Positions 51,144-63,545 of a DNA stretch of 64,000 nucleotides are shown piece by piece. Each line of letters opens with the position of its first letter. Within the stretch, counting starts at the first letter, position 1. Origin of the DNA: Chiloscyllium plagiosum (lineage: Eukaryota); NCBI RefSeq assembly GCF_004010195.1, contig NC_057711.1, positions 81,481,366 through 81,545,365 of the forward strand, given 5' to 3'. The notes beneath the pieces were generated by a model. The model was not told the DNA's origin. It made no database searches and saw only the letters and a program-made list of their open reading frames with translations. The translations under genes were made by a program, and so were the position numbers.

Positions 51144-51881
51144 AGAGTCAAAGAGTCATAGAGATGTACAGCATGGAAACAGACCTTTTGATGTAACTCG
51201 TCCATGCCGACCAGATATCCCAACCCAATCTAGTCCCATTTGTCAGCATTTTGCTCATATCCCTCTAAACCCTTCCTATTTATATACCCATACAAATGCC
51301 TTTTAAATGTAATTGTAACACCCCCTACCACTTCCTCTGGCAGCTCATTCCATACACACACCACACTCTGTATGAAAAAGTTGCCCATTAGGTCCTTTTA
51401 AATTTTTCCCATCTCGCCCTAAACCTATGCCCACTAGTTCTGGACACTCCTACATCCCAGGGAAGAGCATTTGTCTATGTACCCCATCCATGCCCCTCAT
51501 GATTTTATAAACCTCTATAAGGTCACCGCTCAGCCTCCGACACCCTAGGGAAAATAGCCCCAGTATATTCACCATTTCCAGATAGCTGAAATCCTCCAAC
51601 CCTGGCAACATCCTTGTAAATCTTTTCTGAACCCTTTCCAGTTTCACAGCATCCTTTCGATAGGAGGTAGACCAGAAATGCATTCAATATTCCAAAAGTG
51701 GCTTAACCAACGTTCTGTACAGACACAACATGACCTCCCAATTCTTATGCACAATGCTCTATCCAATAAAGGAAAGTATACCAAACAGCTTCTTCACTAT
51801 CCTATCTACCTGCGACTCCACTTTCAAGGAACTATGAACCTGCACTCCAAGGTTTCTGTTCAGCAACACTCCCCAGGACTT
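51144..51881 (-). mobile_element. CR1 (HER1-like) 3' end
   Basis: 'HFWSTSYRKDAVKLERVQKRFTRMLPGLEDFSY...RRLSGDLIEVYKIMRG'. Confidence 0.92.
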
Positions 51882-52224
51882 GATTCTCAAAATCTGCTCA
51901 CCCAAATGTGCTCTACCTAATGTTCTCTGACAGATCAGTATCTGAATTGGTGGAGGCTATACAACCCTGTCTTGTTGCTGCCATTTTCTCCAATGGATCT
52001 GTGGCAATTTCCTGAGGGAATGATCTCTTCAGGTTGGAGACTGAATAGATGCCATTGGTGTCTGCAGGACACAAGAAAGAGAATGCTTTGTGAAATGAGG
52101 TTAAAAACATAGGTATGTTAAGAATACATTCAGTGGTGGTAGAGGGAAAACAGCACAGTACATGACAATGAACCTTATTTGGTTGCCAGAACATGGAGGT
52201 CTTGGTATCATCACATGAGTGGAC

Positions 52225-52800
52225 TCTAGTTTGTCCTGTTAAGACAATGTTCTCTTCTCATAGAGGGTGAGAAAATGGATGCCACACATCCCATCAGCTA
52301 TCTTGACTGTCTTTGCAATGTTGCAGGATATTTTCCTCTGGAAACAGAGAAAGAGAGTAAGATGCTGGAAAGGTGGTGAGGTGAGTAAGTAGGCAATTCA
52401 GAGGGTGGGGGGATGGTTAGCAGAGTGGGAGGGTTTGAATTTGAGAGTAAGTGGGGTACATGCTGCTGGCTATATTGAGAGTAGTGAGCCATTAGCTTTG
52501 GTGGAAGCTTGCTGCAGTGGCAGAGTTAGAGTGAGTATGGGGTAACAGATGGAAAATAGTGACACTCTCACGGTCTGAAGAGGTCATTAAATTTTTTTCT
52601 TGCATTGCTGAGTGTTCTTCCAATGTATGGACACCATACTGAACTGAACACCAGGATGACACGATCTTGTGTCATGGTCTCCACTGATAGTGCTGGGGGA
52701 AAAGGTTGTCCCTTCTTTCAGCAGCCCGTTGCACCAGGACCTCCAGACAGAGTGCCAATTTGTCTTTGTCAGCCATTCCTGGGGCATTCTTCACACTCAG
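52225..52800 (-). mobile_element. PIF/Harbinger-type Myb/SANT DNA-binding protein gene relic (two exons)
   Basis: Exon 1 'LEVLVQRAAERRDNLFP...W...KNTQQCKKKFNDLFR'; intron ending 'ctctttctctgtttccag'; exon 2 'KISCN...GMCGIHFLTLYEKR'. Confidence 0.6.
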
Positions 52801-54214
52801 ATACCTGTAATAGGTAGCACTGGAGCTGTTGCCCAGCTGAATTTTAAATAGAATGTCAGCAGCAGGAATCCAGGGAAGCCCCAGCAGTGTTTAGTATTTC
52901 CAGGCCAGTAAGCAGACAGTACTGCAAGCAAAAGGCCATTGATGTAATAATGAGGCAAAACCAAAGAATTGTTGAAGTTGATTTGCTAAAGCTCACAAAA
53001 CTCCCTAAAATTGACACTTAGCTAGTTTATGACATAATTCAGCCCATCAAGTCTGATGTCAGCTGTGCTATTTTGACACATTCACTTTAGGATATGACAG
53101 AGAATGTTGATCCCAATCTCTTACTATTTCACAGAGCAATAATGTCAGGAGTTGAAATGGGCAGGTTGCTTATTTAATTGATGCAAGGCTCTCTTCCCAT
53201 TATCTTTAATTCTGTATCAGGAACATTCAGGAACACCCAAAACCTGATCTGAAGAGCTGCTCCCGAATTTTAGCTTCCTCAGTTTAAAATCCAATCATAG
53301 CCAAGTGACCTGGACAAAAACAAAACCAGTCAAATATTTACTTATCTTCTCATCTGTTATCATCAGACCATACAGTTCCTGTCAAACCCCGCATGTCAGC
53401 TTAAAGCACAATGTCATTAACAGCTTCATAACACTAATGGATGTCTCACACAAGGCTGCTTTAATGAATTGTGGGTATTGTTTGCTCACACAGGAGGTGA
53501 GGAACTGCATTCATACTGTAGCCAAGGTCCTCCACAGCGCTGCCAGATGCCATTGGATATCAAATGAACCTTCTGTCATACCTCAGTGACTTTAAGTGCA
53601 TGCTTATCATTGAGGTATCACACATGTGAACAGATGATACAGCCTTCTGGGCATGGTTTCAGTTACCATAGAGAGTAACATTAGGTTACAACTGCTGAAA
53701 AATGTTCTTGTATAAACAAATCATTGTCGAGATAAACCGTCAAACAGATTTAGGTGTCACTGTGCTGATTTGTCTCATGTTTCCACTTTATATACACACT
53801 AAGTTTGCCTTGGTCACCAGATCATATTATGTTATTGAGGTTGGGTGGTCTGGCTTCATTTTGATGGGCATCCACATATTTGAATTTGTATTTGTATGGT
53901 TCGACTCCCAGGGTGAAGAACTATATGGCAATGTAGGTTGTAGATCCCACTGTGTATATAATATGCAGCAGGAAATAATAAAGACTTGTTTAAACAAACA
54001 CAGGAATAATCTTGGGTAATTTAAATCTCATCAAGGTTCAATGAACCAAATTGGTAAAGGTAGCCTGGAAGATGATTCAGAGGCCATTTCTGAGGATGTT
54101 TCTTGGAACAGCATAAAGACTTGAAAGAACAGAAGCAGCATTATGCCATTTGGCCCATTGAGCCTGCTCTGCTATTCAACATGATCATGGCTTATCTTCC
54201 CTCTCAACTTCTCA

Positions 54215-55282
54215 AACGGAAGTAATTGTGCATGATTTAATTACCATTACAGAAATATGGCTGTAGGGTAAACAAGTTTGGCAACTGAAAATTCAAAAAC
54301 ATTTGTAAATTTAGAAGGATAGGCAGAAAGTTAAAGCAGATAGGGTAGTGCTCTTAATTAGGGATAAGATCAAGACATCAGAGAGAGAGGATCTCAGGTT
54401 CATGCAAAAAGTTGTATGATTAATTTGATTGGAGCTAAGAAAAAGCAGGTGAAGCAAACATTAATGAGCGTAGTATCAAACTACAGCAGATGCTGGAATC
54501 TATATTGAAAACAAGAAGAGCTGGAAATCACAGCAAGTCAGGCAGCATCTGAAGGGCGAGAGCAAGCTAACATTTCAAGTCTAGATGACTCTTCATCCGA
54601 CCTGGTACGAAGAGTCTGATGAAGAGTCATCACGACGTGAAACGTTAGCTTTCTCGCTCTCTCATAACATTAGTAAGCATTGTTTATAGACTACCAAATA
54701 GTAGTGATAATGTTGAGCATGGTATAAATTAGGAAATTAGAAACGCATGTAATATACATAAAATCAGTGATACTGGGAGACTTTGATTTATATATGGACT
54801 GGAAAAAATTAGTAAGCACTAATGCTGTAGTCAATGAATTCATGGAGTATGTACAAGATAGGTTTCTGGAGCAGTTCATTGAAGAAGCAGTTAGGGATCA
54901 GGCTATTTTAAGCTTAGTATTATGAAATGACAAAGGACTAACCAATAAATTATCAGTAATGGAGCCTTTAGAAAATAGTGACCATAGTATGATAGAATTT
55001 CATATAAAGTTTTGATATAGACCACTCTAAAACCACAATTTTAACTTTGAAGAAAGGAAACACTGAAGTTATGAGTGGTAAGTTAGTGATAGTAAATTAG
55101 GAAACATGCTAAAATATTTGACCTTAGACAAGCAATGGCTAATGTTTCAATGTGTACAATAGGCTCGAATACAGATACACATTTGTTACAGGCACTGACA
55201 AAGGGAAAGGCGAATGAATTGAGGCTAATAAAAGTTGTAACAATTCGTACTCGATCAAAGGAAGTAGCTTATAAGAATGCCA
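54215..55282 (+). mobile_element. CR1 endonuclease-region relic
   Basis: 'attacagaaatatggctg' (ITExWL), 'tatagactacca', 'ggagactttgat' (GDF), 'agtgaccatagt' (SDH). Confidence 0.8.
54475..54664. mobile_element. PLE-derived palindromic mini-element (hammerhead family 3) inserted in CR1
   Basis: Plus-strand core CUGAUGA-AGAGUC(AUCAC)GACGU-GAAA-CGUU at ~54616-54646, mirrored at ~54568-54598; degenerate TSD at 54457-54474 / 54666-54683. Confidence 0.75.
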
Positions 55283-55289
55283 GTCTCCC

Positions 55290-55460
55290 ACAGAGAAGTA
55301 GGCATGAATGAAATTTGCTTAACATGTCAGCAGCAGTAATATGATGCCATGCTCCTCTTTGCAGTGCCATAAGAGGTTTACTAATCACAGCTCGGAAAGA
55401 AATGGCACACTCAAGTACACCAAACCTCAACCTTCTCATTCTACTTTTTGAAGTCCTCCC
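55290..55460 (+). mobile_element. Second Harbinger Myb/SANT relic
   Basis: 'CSSLQCHKRFTN' resembles RTxxQCRKRFND and is followed by 'KxMAH'. Confidence 0.35.
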
Positions 55461-56253
55461 ACCAACTTAGCTTGTTGATACACCCATCCTTATCTGCTTA
55501 GACATCTCCAGACCATCCATCGCTGACAGTCATCCTCACCTTTGTGGGATAGCAAACCTATGAATATCACAGTGAGCCTCCACAAATGTTGCCAATCCAT
55601 CTATTCACCACATTTCATTACTCTCAGTCATCAATCTATTTATTCTTGCTCTGGAGAAGAAAGCACAGATTCAGAGAGAAATGAGAACCAGAGGTGACCC
55701 TCTAGCCATGTCTATACTGACAGTTGCAGGGGAGACACAGGAGGCAAGCTGAGTCTCAGCAAACCTGGTCACTGGAGATTGAGAAATAGAAGCCTTCTGG
55801 CTACCTGTTGACAGAATAATTCTACAGACAGCCACATGACAGGAAACACTCAATCATATTGACATAATACCAGCAAGAAGTGAAAAATAATCTTGTACAG
55901 AATAATGATGCAACACTTTAACTCGACGGTTCTAATTCATGTCTTTAATTTATCAAACGTCAATCAGGCTTCTCATAGAGAGCGAAGCAAATCTTCTTCA
56001 CTCTGAGGATGCAGCACCAGTCTGTCCTGCAAACTATCCAATGATTCCAATGCACAAACATTGAGGAGACTAACAAGACAGGTATTTGGTTTTTCATATA
56101 ATGTCGCACTCATCATAACTGAGAAAGCGCAGGTGATGGAAGCAGGAATCATATGAGCAACATCAATCACCGCATCATGTTTTTTTGTATGAATTACAGC
56201 TACATTTCTCCTTTTCTGACTGGACTATAGGGCCTACTTGGTCAAAAGTGGTA

Positions 56254-56793
56254 GAGTCATAGAGTCATAGAGATGTACAGCACGGAAACAGACCCTTCAT
56301 CTAACCTGTCCATGCCGACCAGTTATTCTAACCTAATCTAGTTCCATTTTCCAGCAGTTGACCCATATCCCTCCAAATCCTTCCTATTCATATACCCATC
56401 CAGATACCTTTAAATGTTGTAATTGTATCACCCTCCACCATTTCCTCTGGCAGCCCATTCCATACACGCACACTCTCTGCATAAAAATGATGCCTCTTAG
56501 GTCTCTTATTTCTTTCCCCTCTTACCCCTAACCTATGCCCTCTAGTTCTGAATTCCCCCATCCCAGGGAAAAGACTTTGTCTATTTAACCTACCCATGCC
56601 CTTCATGATTTTATAAACCTCTCAGCCTCTGACGCTCCAGGGAAAACAGCCCCAGCCTATTCAGCTTCTCCCTATAGCTCAAACCCTCCAATCCTGGCAA
56701 CATCCTGATAAATCTTTTCTGAACCCTTTCAAGTTTCACAACATCCTTTCAGTAGGAGGGAGACCAAAATTGCATACAATATTCCAAAAGTGG
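56254..56793 (-). mobile_element. CR1 (HER1-like) 3' end
   Basis: (CATAGAGT)n tail; 'GEFRTRGHRLGVRGER'. Confidence 0.92.
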
Positions 56794-57629
56794 TGGAAAA
56801 CCCTTAGATAAGTTAATGAGAAGACCCTTTTGCCTTAAAGAAATGTTATTTTTAAAAAAACATTTGAAATCATATGTTGCGATATAACACCCCACTGGGA
56901 ACAGATGAATCTTGAACCCTAAACTTCAGTCAGGGCTATCACTACCAATGTACTTTATTGTATGACAGCAAACAAGTATAGGTTACATTAATACTTTAGA
57001 CATTATTATGAAGATGAGTGATAGACCTTCAGCTCATAGATCAGTTCCTGTTGAAATCCTTAAATGTTTTGCTGTGACATCCTTGGGTGAGTGGAACTCA
57101 ATGCATTCTTCATCATTAACTTATTTCAAAACTATTACTTTAAACATATCTCTACCAATTCTTTAACCATAATTAACATTTATATATTCATGTATGTATT
57201 TATATTTAGCACTAACCCATTCCATCCAAGTTTCCGATTTCACAAATTCAGGCAATCTGTAGGTTCCACAATACTTCCAGAATGCATTCTATTTGGACTT
57301 GGTTGACCTTTTACTTTAGTCTTATGGCTATCAGGTTTGTTCCTGTCCCTATGAAGAATGCAAAGACCCTCTCCACTGGAGGATTCGCTATCCCGTGGAT
57401 TGTTTTTGCAGAGGATATCGATCATACTGAAATAGGCAATTCATCCATTAGGTTTGAGGATTCTGAATCTCATGAATTACCTTCCTGGAAAATGGCTGCC
57501 CTGATGAAATAGTTATTTTCCTTGTTACAACATCCTGGATCTCTGAGATAGTTAATTTCTTCTTGACAATATTCTGGATCTGTGAACATTGGTCATCTCA
57601 CCTCAGAGCTGGCTTCCATGTTGCCAATA

Positions 57630-58930
57630 TCAGAAATGTAGAAACTAGGAGCAGGAGTAGGCTTTTTAGTCCTGCATGCCTGTTTCTCCATTCAGTATGA
57701 CCATGGCAGGTCTTCTATCTCAAAACCTCCTTATTTCCACAGTCCTTGATACTTTAAATGTCTCAAAATTTATCAATCTCTTTCTTAAATATAGTCAGTG
57801 GTTGGGCTCCATAACCTTATGTGATAGCAACTTCCACAGGTAGACCACCCTCTGAGTAAAGAAATGTTTTGCCATCTTAGTCCCAAATGGCCTACCCTGT
57901 ATACTGAAACTGTGGCATCCTGTCTGCATCTAGTCTGTCCAGACCTGACTGAATTTGATATGTTTCAATCAGATCTCCTCTCAATCTTCTAAACTCTAGC
58001 AAAGACAGGCCCAGTCAAACCAATCTTTCTTCATAGGATAAACCGGCCATGCCCGGTATCAGTCTATTGAATCTCCATTGCATTCCGTCTATGGCATCTA
58101 TATCTTCTCTTAGGCAAGGAGACCAAAACTGCATGCAATACTCCAAGTGTGATCTCACCATGGCCCTTTAAAACTACAGTGAGACATCCTTACTTCTAAA
58201 TTCAAATCCTCTTGCAAAGAAGACCAATATACCATTTGCTTTTCTAATTGCTTGCTGCACCTACCTGTCTACTTTCATTAACTGATGTACAAGGACACTC
58301 AGATCCCTTTGTACATCTACATTTCCATATATTCTACCATTTAAATAATACTCTGCCTTTCTGATTTTCACATCTAAGTGTATAAGTTCACATTTAATGA
58401 TGTTATTCTAAATCTGCAATGTACTTGCCCACATACTCAATTTAGCTAGCTCACCCTGAAGCCTCTTGTATCCTCCTCACAGCTACGATCCCATCTAGTT
58501 TTGTGTCATCAGCAAATTTGTAAATGTTACATTTGATTACCTCGTCAAAGTTATTTATATATAACATGAACAGTTGGGACCCTAACACTGATCCCAGCAG
58601 TTCACCACCTGTCACCTGGACAAAGATTATTTATTCCTACTCTCTGTTTCTGGTCTGTCAACCAACTCTTAATCCATGCCTGTATATAATCTACAATCTT
58701 GCTTTAATTTTGCTCACTAGTCTCTTATGTGGGACCTGATCAAAAGCTTTCTTGAAATCCAAAAAACGGTACATCCATAAGTTGTCTCTTATCTATTCTA
58801 CTAGTTACATCCTCAAAAAAACCAGTAGCTTAGTGAAGCATTATTTGATTTTCATAAACCCATGCTGACATTGCCTAATCCTGCAAATGTCTTCCAAGTA
58901 GTATTGTTGTCACATCTTTTATGATAGATA
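57630..58930 (-). mobile_element. CR1 LINE RT-3' portion
   Basis: Reverse RT motifs ('gtcatcagcaaa' = FADD, 'aaaagctttcttgaaatcc' = DFxKAF) and CR1 3' UTR. Confidence 0.85.
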
Positions 58931-59739
58931 ATAGTACTACAGAGCCAGAACTGATGATAGGTTCACTGGACTGTTAAATCTGTGCAAGCAAATGTTTATT
59001 CCCAATCTGTTGATACTACTGTGTTGAAGTCTGTAGCCTCAGTATTTCCAGTTATTGACTAACTGGAATGTTTTACTTCACCCCAGTGTAATTGGTTTAC
59101 TGGTGACTAAACCTGCTCATATCCTCAGTCATGCTACTTGATGGATGCTGCTTATTTAACATGTCTGTCACTGGTGCTGATTATTCTTTCATGAAGATGG
59201 CAAATTGAAATACTCCTCTTGAACTTGTGTTGTCTCATCATCAGACATCAAATTGTCATAGCTAATTGTTTGCAAAGGTGTTTTGCTGTCTGAACAGCTT
59301 CAGTTAAACTTACACCAATGAGCTCGTGAGCTGAATTGCTTATCCTCTGTCATCATTTGTATATTCGTATGAACTTTGCTGCTTCCTGTCTTTGGAACTT
59401 TCTTCAGTGATGATGCAAGTGAAAATCATTTCTGTTAAAATGGTATAGTCACAGATTTCCATCCAGTTGACAATACAAAGCAATCCTCTTCTGATAACAT
59501 AGGTTACTTTAATATATTTTGTCTTCTTTTTGGGTTCTATCATGACCATAGGATGTCTGATGAAACCTTCTATTGGTTGTTCTTTGACTGGTTATTTAAC
59601 AGCTGCTTGTTCAATAACTAACATTTCCTTAACTTAAAGTTCCATAACTGGATTCTCCATGACCAGACATTACCTGACTAGTGTTGCTTTGAATAACTAT
59701 GGCATAATGAGCTGTCATTTGATATGTTCACTGTCAATT

Positions 59740-61200
59740 TTAACTAGTTGAATTCCTTCTATCATTTGAATAAGGTTGATGCCAAGTCATGAAATCCTGC
59801 TCAAGATTAATAAGTCTCAATTGTGAAGTATATATACATTATCTATTGTCTTGCAAACTTTGTGCTCCAAAGTTGCTTGGAAAAATATCCTTAATTCTTG
59901 AGATCTATACATCCTGCACCATATAGATTTAATGTTGTAGGATGTAACCTCTGTTTCTTCACGTATGGCATACAATCTGATAATGTCATAACACTCGCCT
60001 CAGTATCAAGGTCCTCCAAAATTAATGAGATGTATGTTGACAAAAACCACAGCTTCTAGATTATAGTGGTGCTGGAAAAGCACAGCAGGTCAGGCAGCAT
60101 CCAAGGAGCAGGAAAATCGACGTTTCGGGCAAAAGCCCTTCATGAATGAAGGCAGGGAGCTTCTGGGGTGGAGAGATAAATGGGAGGGGGATGGAGTTGG
60201 GAAGAAGGTAGCCAAGAGTACAATAGGTGAATGGAGGTGGGGATGAAGTTGATAGGTCAGAGAGGAGTGTGGAGCGGATAAGTGGGAAGGAAGATTGGTA
60301 GGTAGGACAGGTTATGAGGATGTGGCTGAGCTGGAAGGTTGGAACTGGGGTAAGGTGGGGGGAGGGGAGCCACAGGTTGACAAAAATAATTAGTGGAACC
60401 ACCAATTTCCCTGAGGAAAAAAAATGAATGTGTATTTTATTGCAGGTTGTTCTACTTCATTAAAATATTTTTATTTGCTGCTTTTTATCCGTGTCTTACT
60501 TCTGCATGTTACCTGGAGTGTTTGTACTGTTTTACAGATGTGGCATTTTATTTTTAAAACCTGGGCACTACTTGGGCCTGTGATGTTTTCTTGCTCCACA
60601 GTGTTGACACTGACATTTACCATGTTATCTACTCTATTCTTTGTACTGACTAGTCACGTGTATATTTAGGGTTTTATATCATAAAAAGTCAATTGATTCT
60701 GTTGGGCTTTTCCCAGGATTTCTCTGTGATTCTTCCTGTTTTTTGCTTCCAATACAGTTTGAATATATTTTTCCAAAGTCAAATTTTCTTTGGACTGTAC
60801 TAAATCTGACAAAGAGTTATCAGCAATTCAAACAATAATTCTGCCTCTGATGAATCCTGATTTCAAAGCTCCACAGTCATATTTTTTCCATTAATTTGTA
60901 GAGATCATTAATGATGTTATCTATGGATGCACTTGGATGCTGAAACCTTCTGTTAAATCTTGCGCTTTCAAGAATTTGGTTTGTCCTCATCTTAAAATAA
61001 TTGCCAAGAGGTTACAGAATTTCATGAAAAGTATCTGTACTTTCTTTTATGCCTTGGTGAACTATAATATCATTAGTTATAGTTCCATTCAAATTGAAAA
61101 ATATGAATACTTGTTCATTTAGCATCTAGCTTGGAAGCAAATCTATACCTTAAGAACTTTTTTCTCCAAAATATTGAATTCTGTGTCCTACTTAGTCCAT
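59740..61200 (-). mobile_element. Gypsy LTR retrotransposon gag-protease relic
   Basis: Gag 'YFKMRTNQILESARFNRRFQHPSASIDNIINDLYKL..CDCGALKS..IR.RII', zinc knuckles 'CGARKHHR..CP...CHIC', protease 'LDTEASV...LYGAG'. Confidence 0.75.
60063..60372 (-). mobile_element. PLE pLTR fragment inserted in the Gypsy relic; hammerhead core inactivated
   Basis: Same family as 23205 and 61474; minus strand 'attcATGAAGGGCTTTTGCCCGAAACGTC' lacks the CUG of the core. Confidence 0.8.
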
Positions 61201-62325
61201 TTCACAAATGTAATCTTCCTCACGATATTATTTTTTGTGCAACTTTACCTAATGTCATTATTTATTCCTTCTAAAGCTTTTCAATTCTTTAGTGTTTCAA
61301 TGCTGCTTTACTCTTATTGTTTTAAAGATTATTAATCTTGTAGTAAATAAATGCTGCTTTATTCTTTTTCCTTGAAGGACTTCTAATTCTGATGTCTCGC
61401 AATGTTGTTTTATTCTCCTTGTCTTAGAAGAATAGCTTCATAGAAAATAGGAACTGGAGAAAGCCATTTGACAGGATGAGAAAGTGAGAACTGCAGATGC
61501 TGGAGACCAGAGTTGAAAAATGTCGTGCTGGAAAAACACAGCAGGCCAGGCAGCATCCGAGGAGCAGGAGAATCGACATTTCAGGCATAAGCCCTTCTTC
61601 AGAATGAGTCTGGTGTGCCAAGGGGGCTGAGATAAAGGGTAGGGGGGAGGGAATTTGGGGAGGGGCGGTGGGAATACAATAGGTGGAAGGAGGTGAGGGT
61701 GAGGGTGATAGGCCGGAGAGGGGGTGGGGGCGGAGAGATCGGGAAGATCTACAAACCGATTGACTCCCACAGCTACCCAGATTACACCTCCTCCCACCCT
61801 GCCCCCTATAAAAATGCCATCCCATATTCCCAATTCCTTCGCCTCCGCCGCATCTGCTCCCAGGAGAACCAATTCCACTACCAAACAACCCAAATGGCCT
61901 CTTTCTTCAAAGATCGCAATTTCCCCTCCGACGTGGTCTACGATGCTCTCCACTGCATATCCTCCACTTCCCGCACCTCCACCCTTGAACCCCGCCCCTC
62001 CAATCACCACCAGGACAGAGCCCCACTGGTTCTCACCTTCCACCCCACTACATCGTATTATCCTCCATCATTTCCGCCACCTCCAAACACATCCCACCAC
62101 CATGGATATATTTCCCTCCCCACTCCTATCAGTGTTCCGGAAAGACCACTCCCTCCGCGACTCCCTCGTCAGGTCCACACCCCCCACCAACCCAACCTCC
62201 ACTCCCGGCACCTTCCCCTGCAAGCGCAAGAAGTGCAAAACTTGCGCCCACATCTCCCCCCTCACCTCCCTCCAAGGCCCTAATGGATCCTTCCATATCC
62301 GTCGCAAATTCACCTGCACCTCCAC

Positions 62326-62506
62326 NNNNNNNNNNNNNNNNNNNNNNNNNNNNNNNNNNNNNNNNNNNNNNNNNNNNNNNNNNNNNNNNNNNNNNNNNNN
62401 NNNNNNNNNNNNNNNNNNNNNNNNNNNNNNNNNNNNNNNNNNNNNNNNNNNNNNNNNNNNNNNNNNNNNNNNNNNNNNNNNNNNNNNNNNNNNNNNNNNN
62501 NNNNNN
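62326..62506. other. Assembly gap (181 N)
   Basis: Run of N. Confidence 1.
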
Positions 62507-62545
62507 CCCTACCTTTTATCTCAGCCCACTTGGCACACCAGCCTC

Positions 62546-62583
62546 ATTCCTGAAGAAGGGCTTATGCCCGAAACGTCGATTCT
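62546..62583 (+). ncRNA. Minimal hammerhead ribozyme motif in PLE pLTR
   Basis: CUGAAGA-A-GGGC(UUAU)GCCC-GAAA-CGUC at 62550-62577. Confidence 0.8.
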
Positions 62584-62989
62584 CCTGCTCCTCGGATGCT
62601 GCCTGGCCTGCTGTGTTTTTCCAGCACGACATTTTTCAACTAAGCCATTTGACACTCCAAGCCTGTTCACCATTCAAGATGACCATGGCTGATCATCCAA
62701 TTCAGTACTGTTTTCCTACTTTCTTTCCATACCTTTTTGATCCTTTTATCCCTAAATTCCTGGAGGTATTGCACTACCTGGTTGATGCATGGAATAGACA
62801 GAGCAAGCCCCTAGTCCATCCTTCTGCTCCATAAATCTATTAAATTTATGATCCCAGGAAAGGGAAATATCAGATATTAAACTGACAAGACCAGAAACGA
62901 CACATCTTCTGAGCAAATGGGCAAGAAAGCAAACTGAATGCTGCCCATCAAATCTAAAGTTCCAAAGTATAATGATGCAGATGTTATTC

Positions 62990-63545
62990 CAAAACCGAGT
63001 TAGACCCTTCTTGGAATACTGTGTGCAGATCTGGGCAACACACCTTAGGAAGGATGCTTTGGAAAGAATTCAACATTAGATTATAAGGGTTATATCTGGA
63101 CTTCAGGGGATAAATTAGGAGGAGAGATTAGACAATTAGGTCTTTATTCTCTAGAATTTAGAAGATTAAGCATGATCTAATTGAGGTTTTCAGGATATTA
63201 ACAGAAAGACAGGGGAAATAAAGTTAAACTATATTCCATATTTGAAGATTATAGAACTAAGGTACATACTCTAAAAATTAGGGTCAGGCCATTCAGGAGA
63301 GAGATGTTAGAAAATACTTCCATATGCAAGGAATAGTGGAAGTTTGGAACTCACTTCTTGAAATGGTGGTTGATGCTAATTCAATTATTAAATTTAAATC
63401 TGAGATGGACAAGCTTTTATTAACAAGGGTATCAAGAGATCGTGACCCAATGTGGACATGTGGAGTTAGGCCACAGATCAGCTATGATCTTATTGAATGG
63501 TAGAGCAGGCTTGATGGGCTCAATGACCCACTCCTTTCCCTTTGT
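62990..63545 (+). mobile_element. CR1 LINE 3' end
   Basis: 'gttagacccttcttggaatactgtgtgcagatctgg' (VRPxLEYCVQxW) through the 3' UTR. Confidence 0.8.

Larger units (their letters stand above)
61474..62641 (+). mobile_element. Young Penelope-like element: inverted pLTR, RT C-terminus/linker toward GIY-YIG, then pLTR
   Basis: 'YKPIDSHSYPDYTSSHP..KNAIPYSQFLRLRRICS', 'FPCKRKKCKTC', 'FTCTS'; inverted termini; perfect 13-bp TSD AAGCCATTTGACA (61461-61473 / 62642-62654). Confidence 0.92.

Noticed and set aside
55980..56081. Exon-like segment (AG...CAG|GTATTT)
   Set aside because: Stop codons in all three plus-strand frames; no other support.
57280..57630. Possible Gypsy integrase C-terminal relic continuing the 59740-61200 element
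   Set aside because: No convincing motif could be read by eye.
61724..62834. 322-aa and 183-aa ORFs as intact genes
   Set aside because: Lengths are inflated by the N gap; they are partial Penelope ORF and pLTR sequence.
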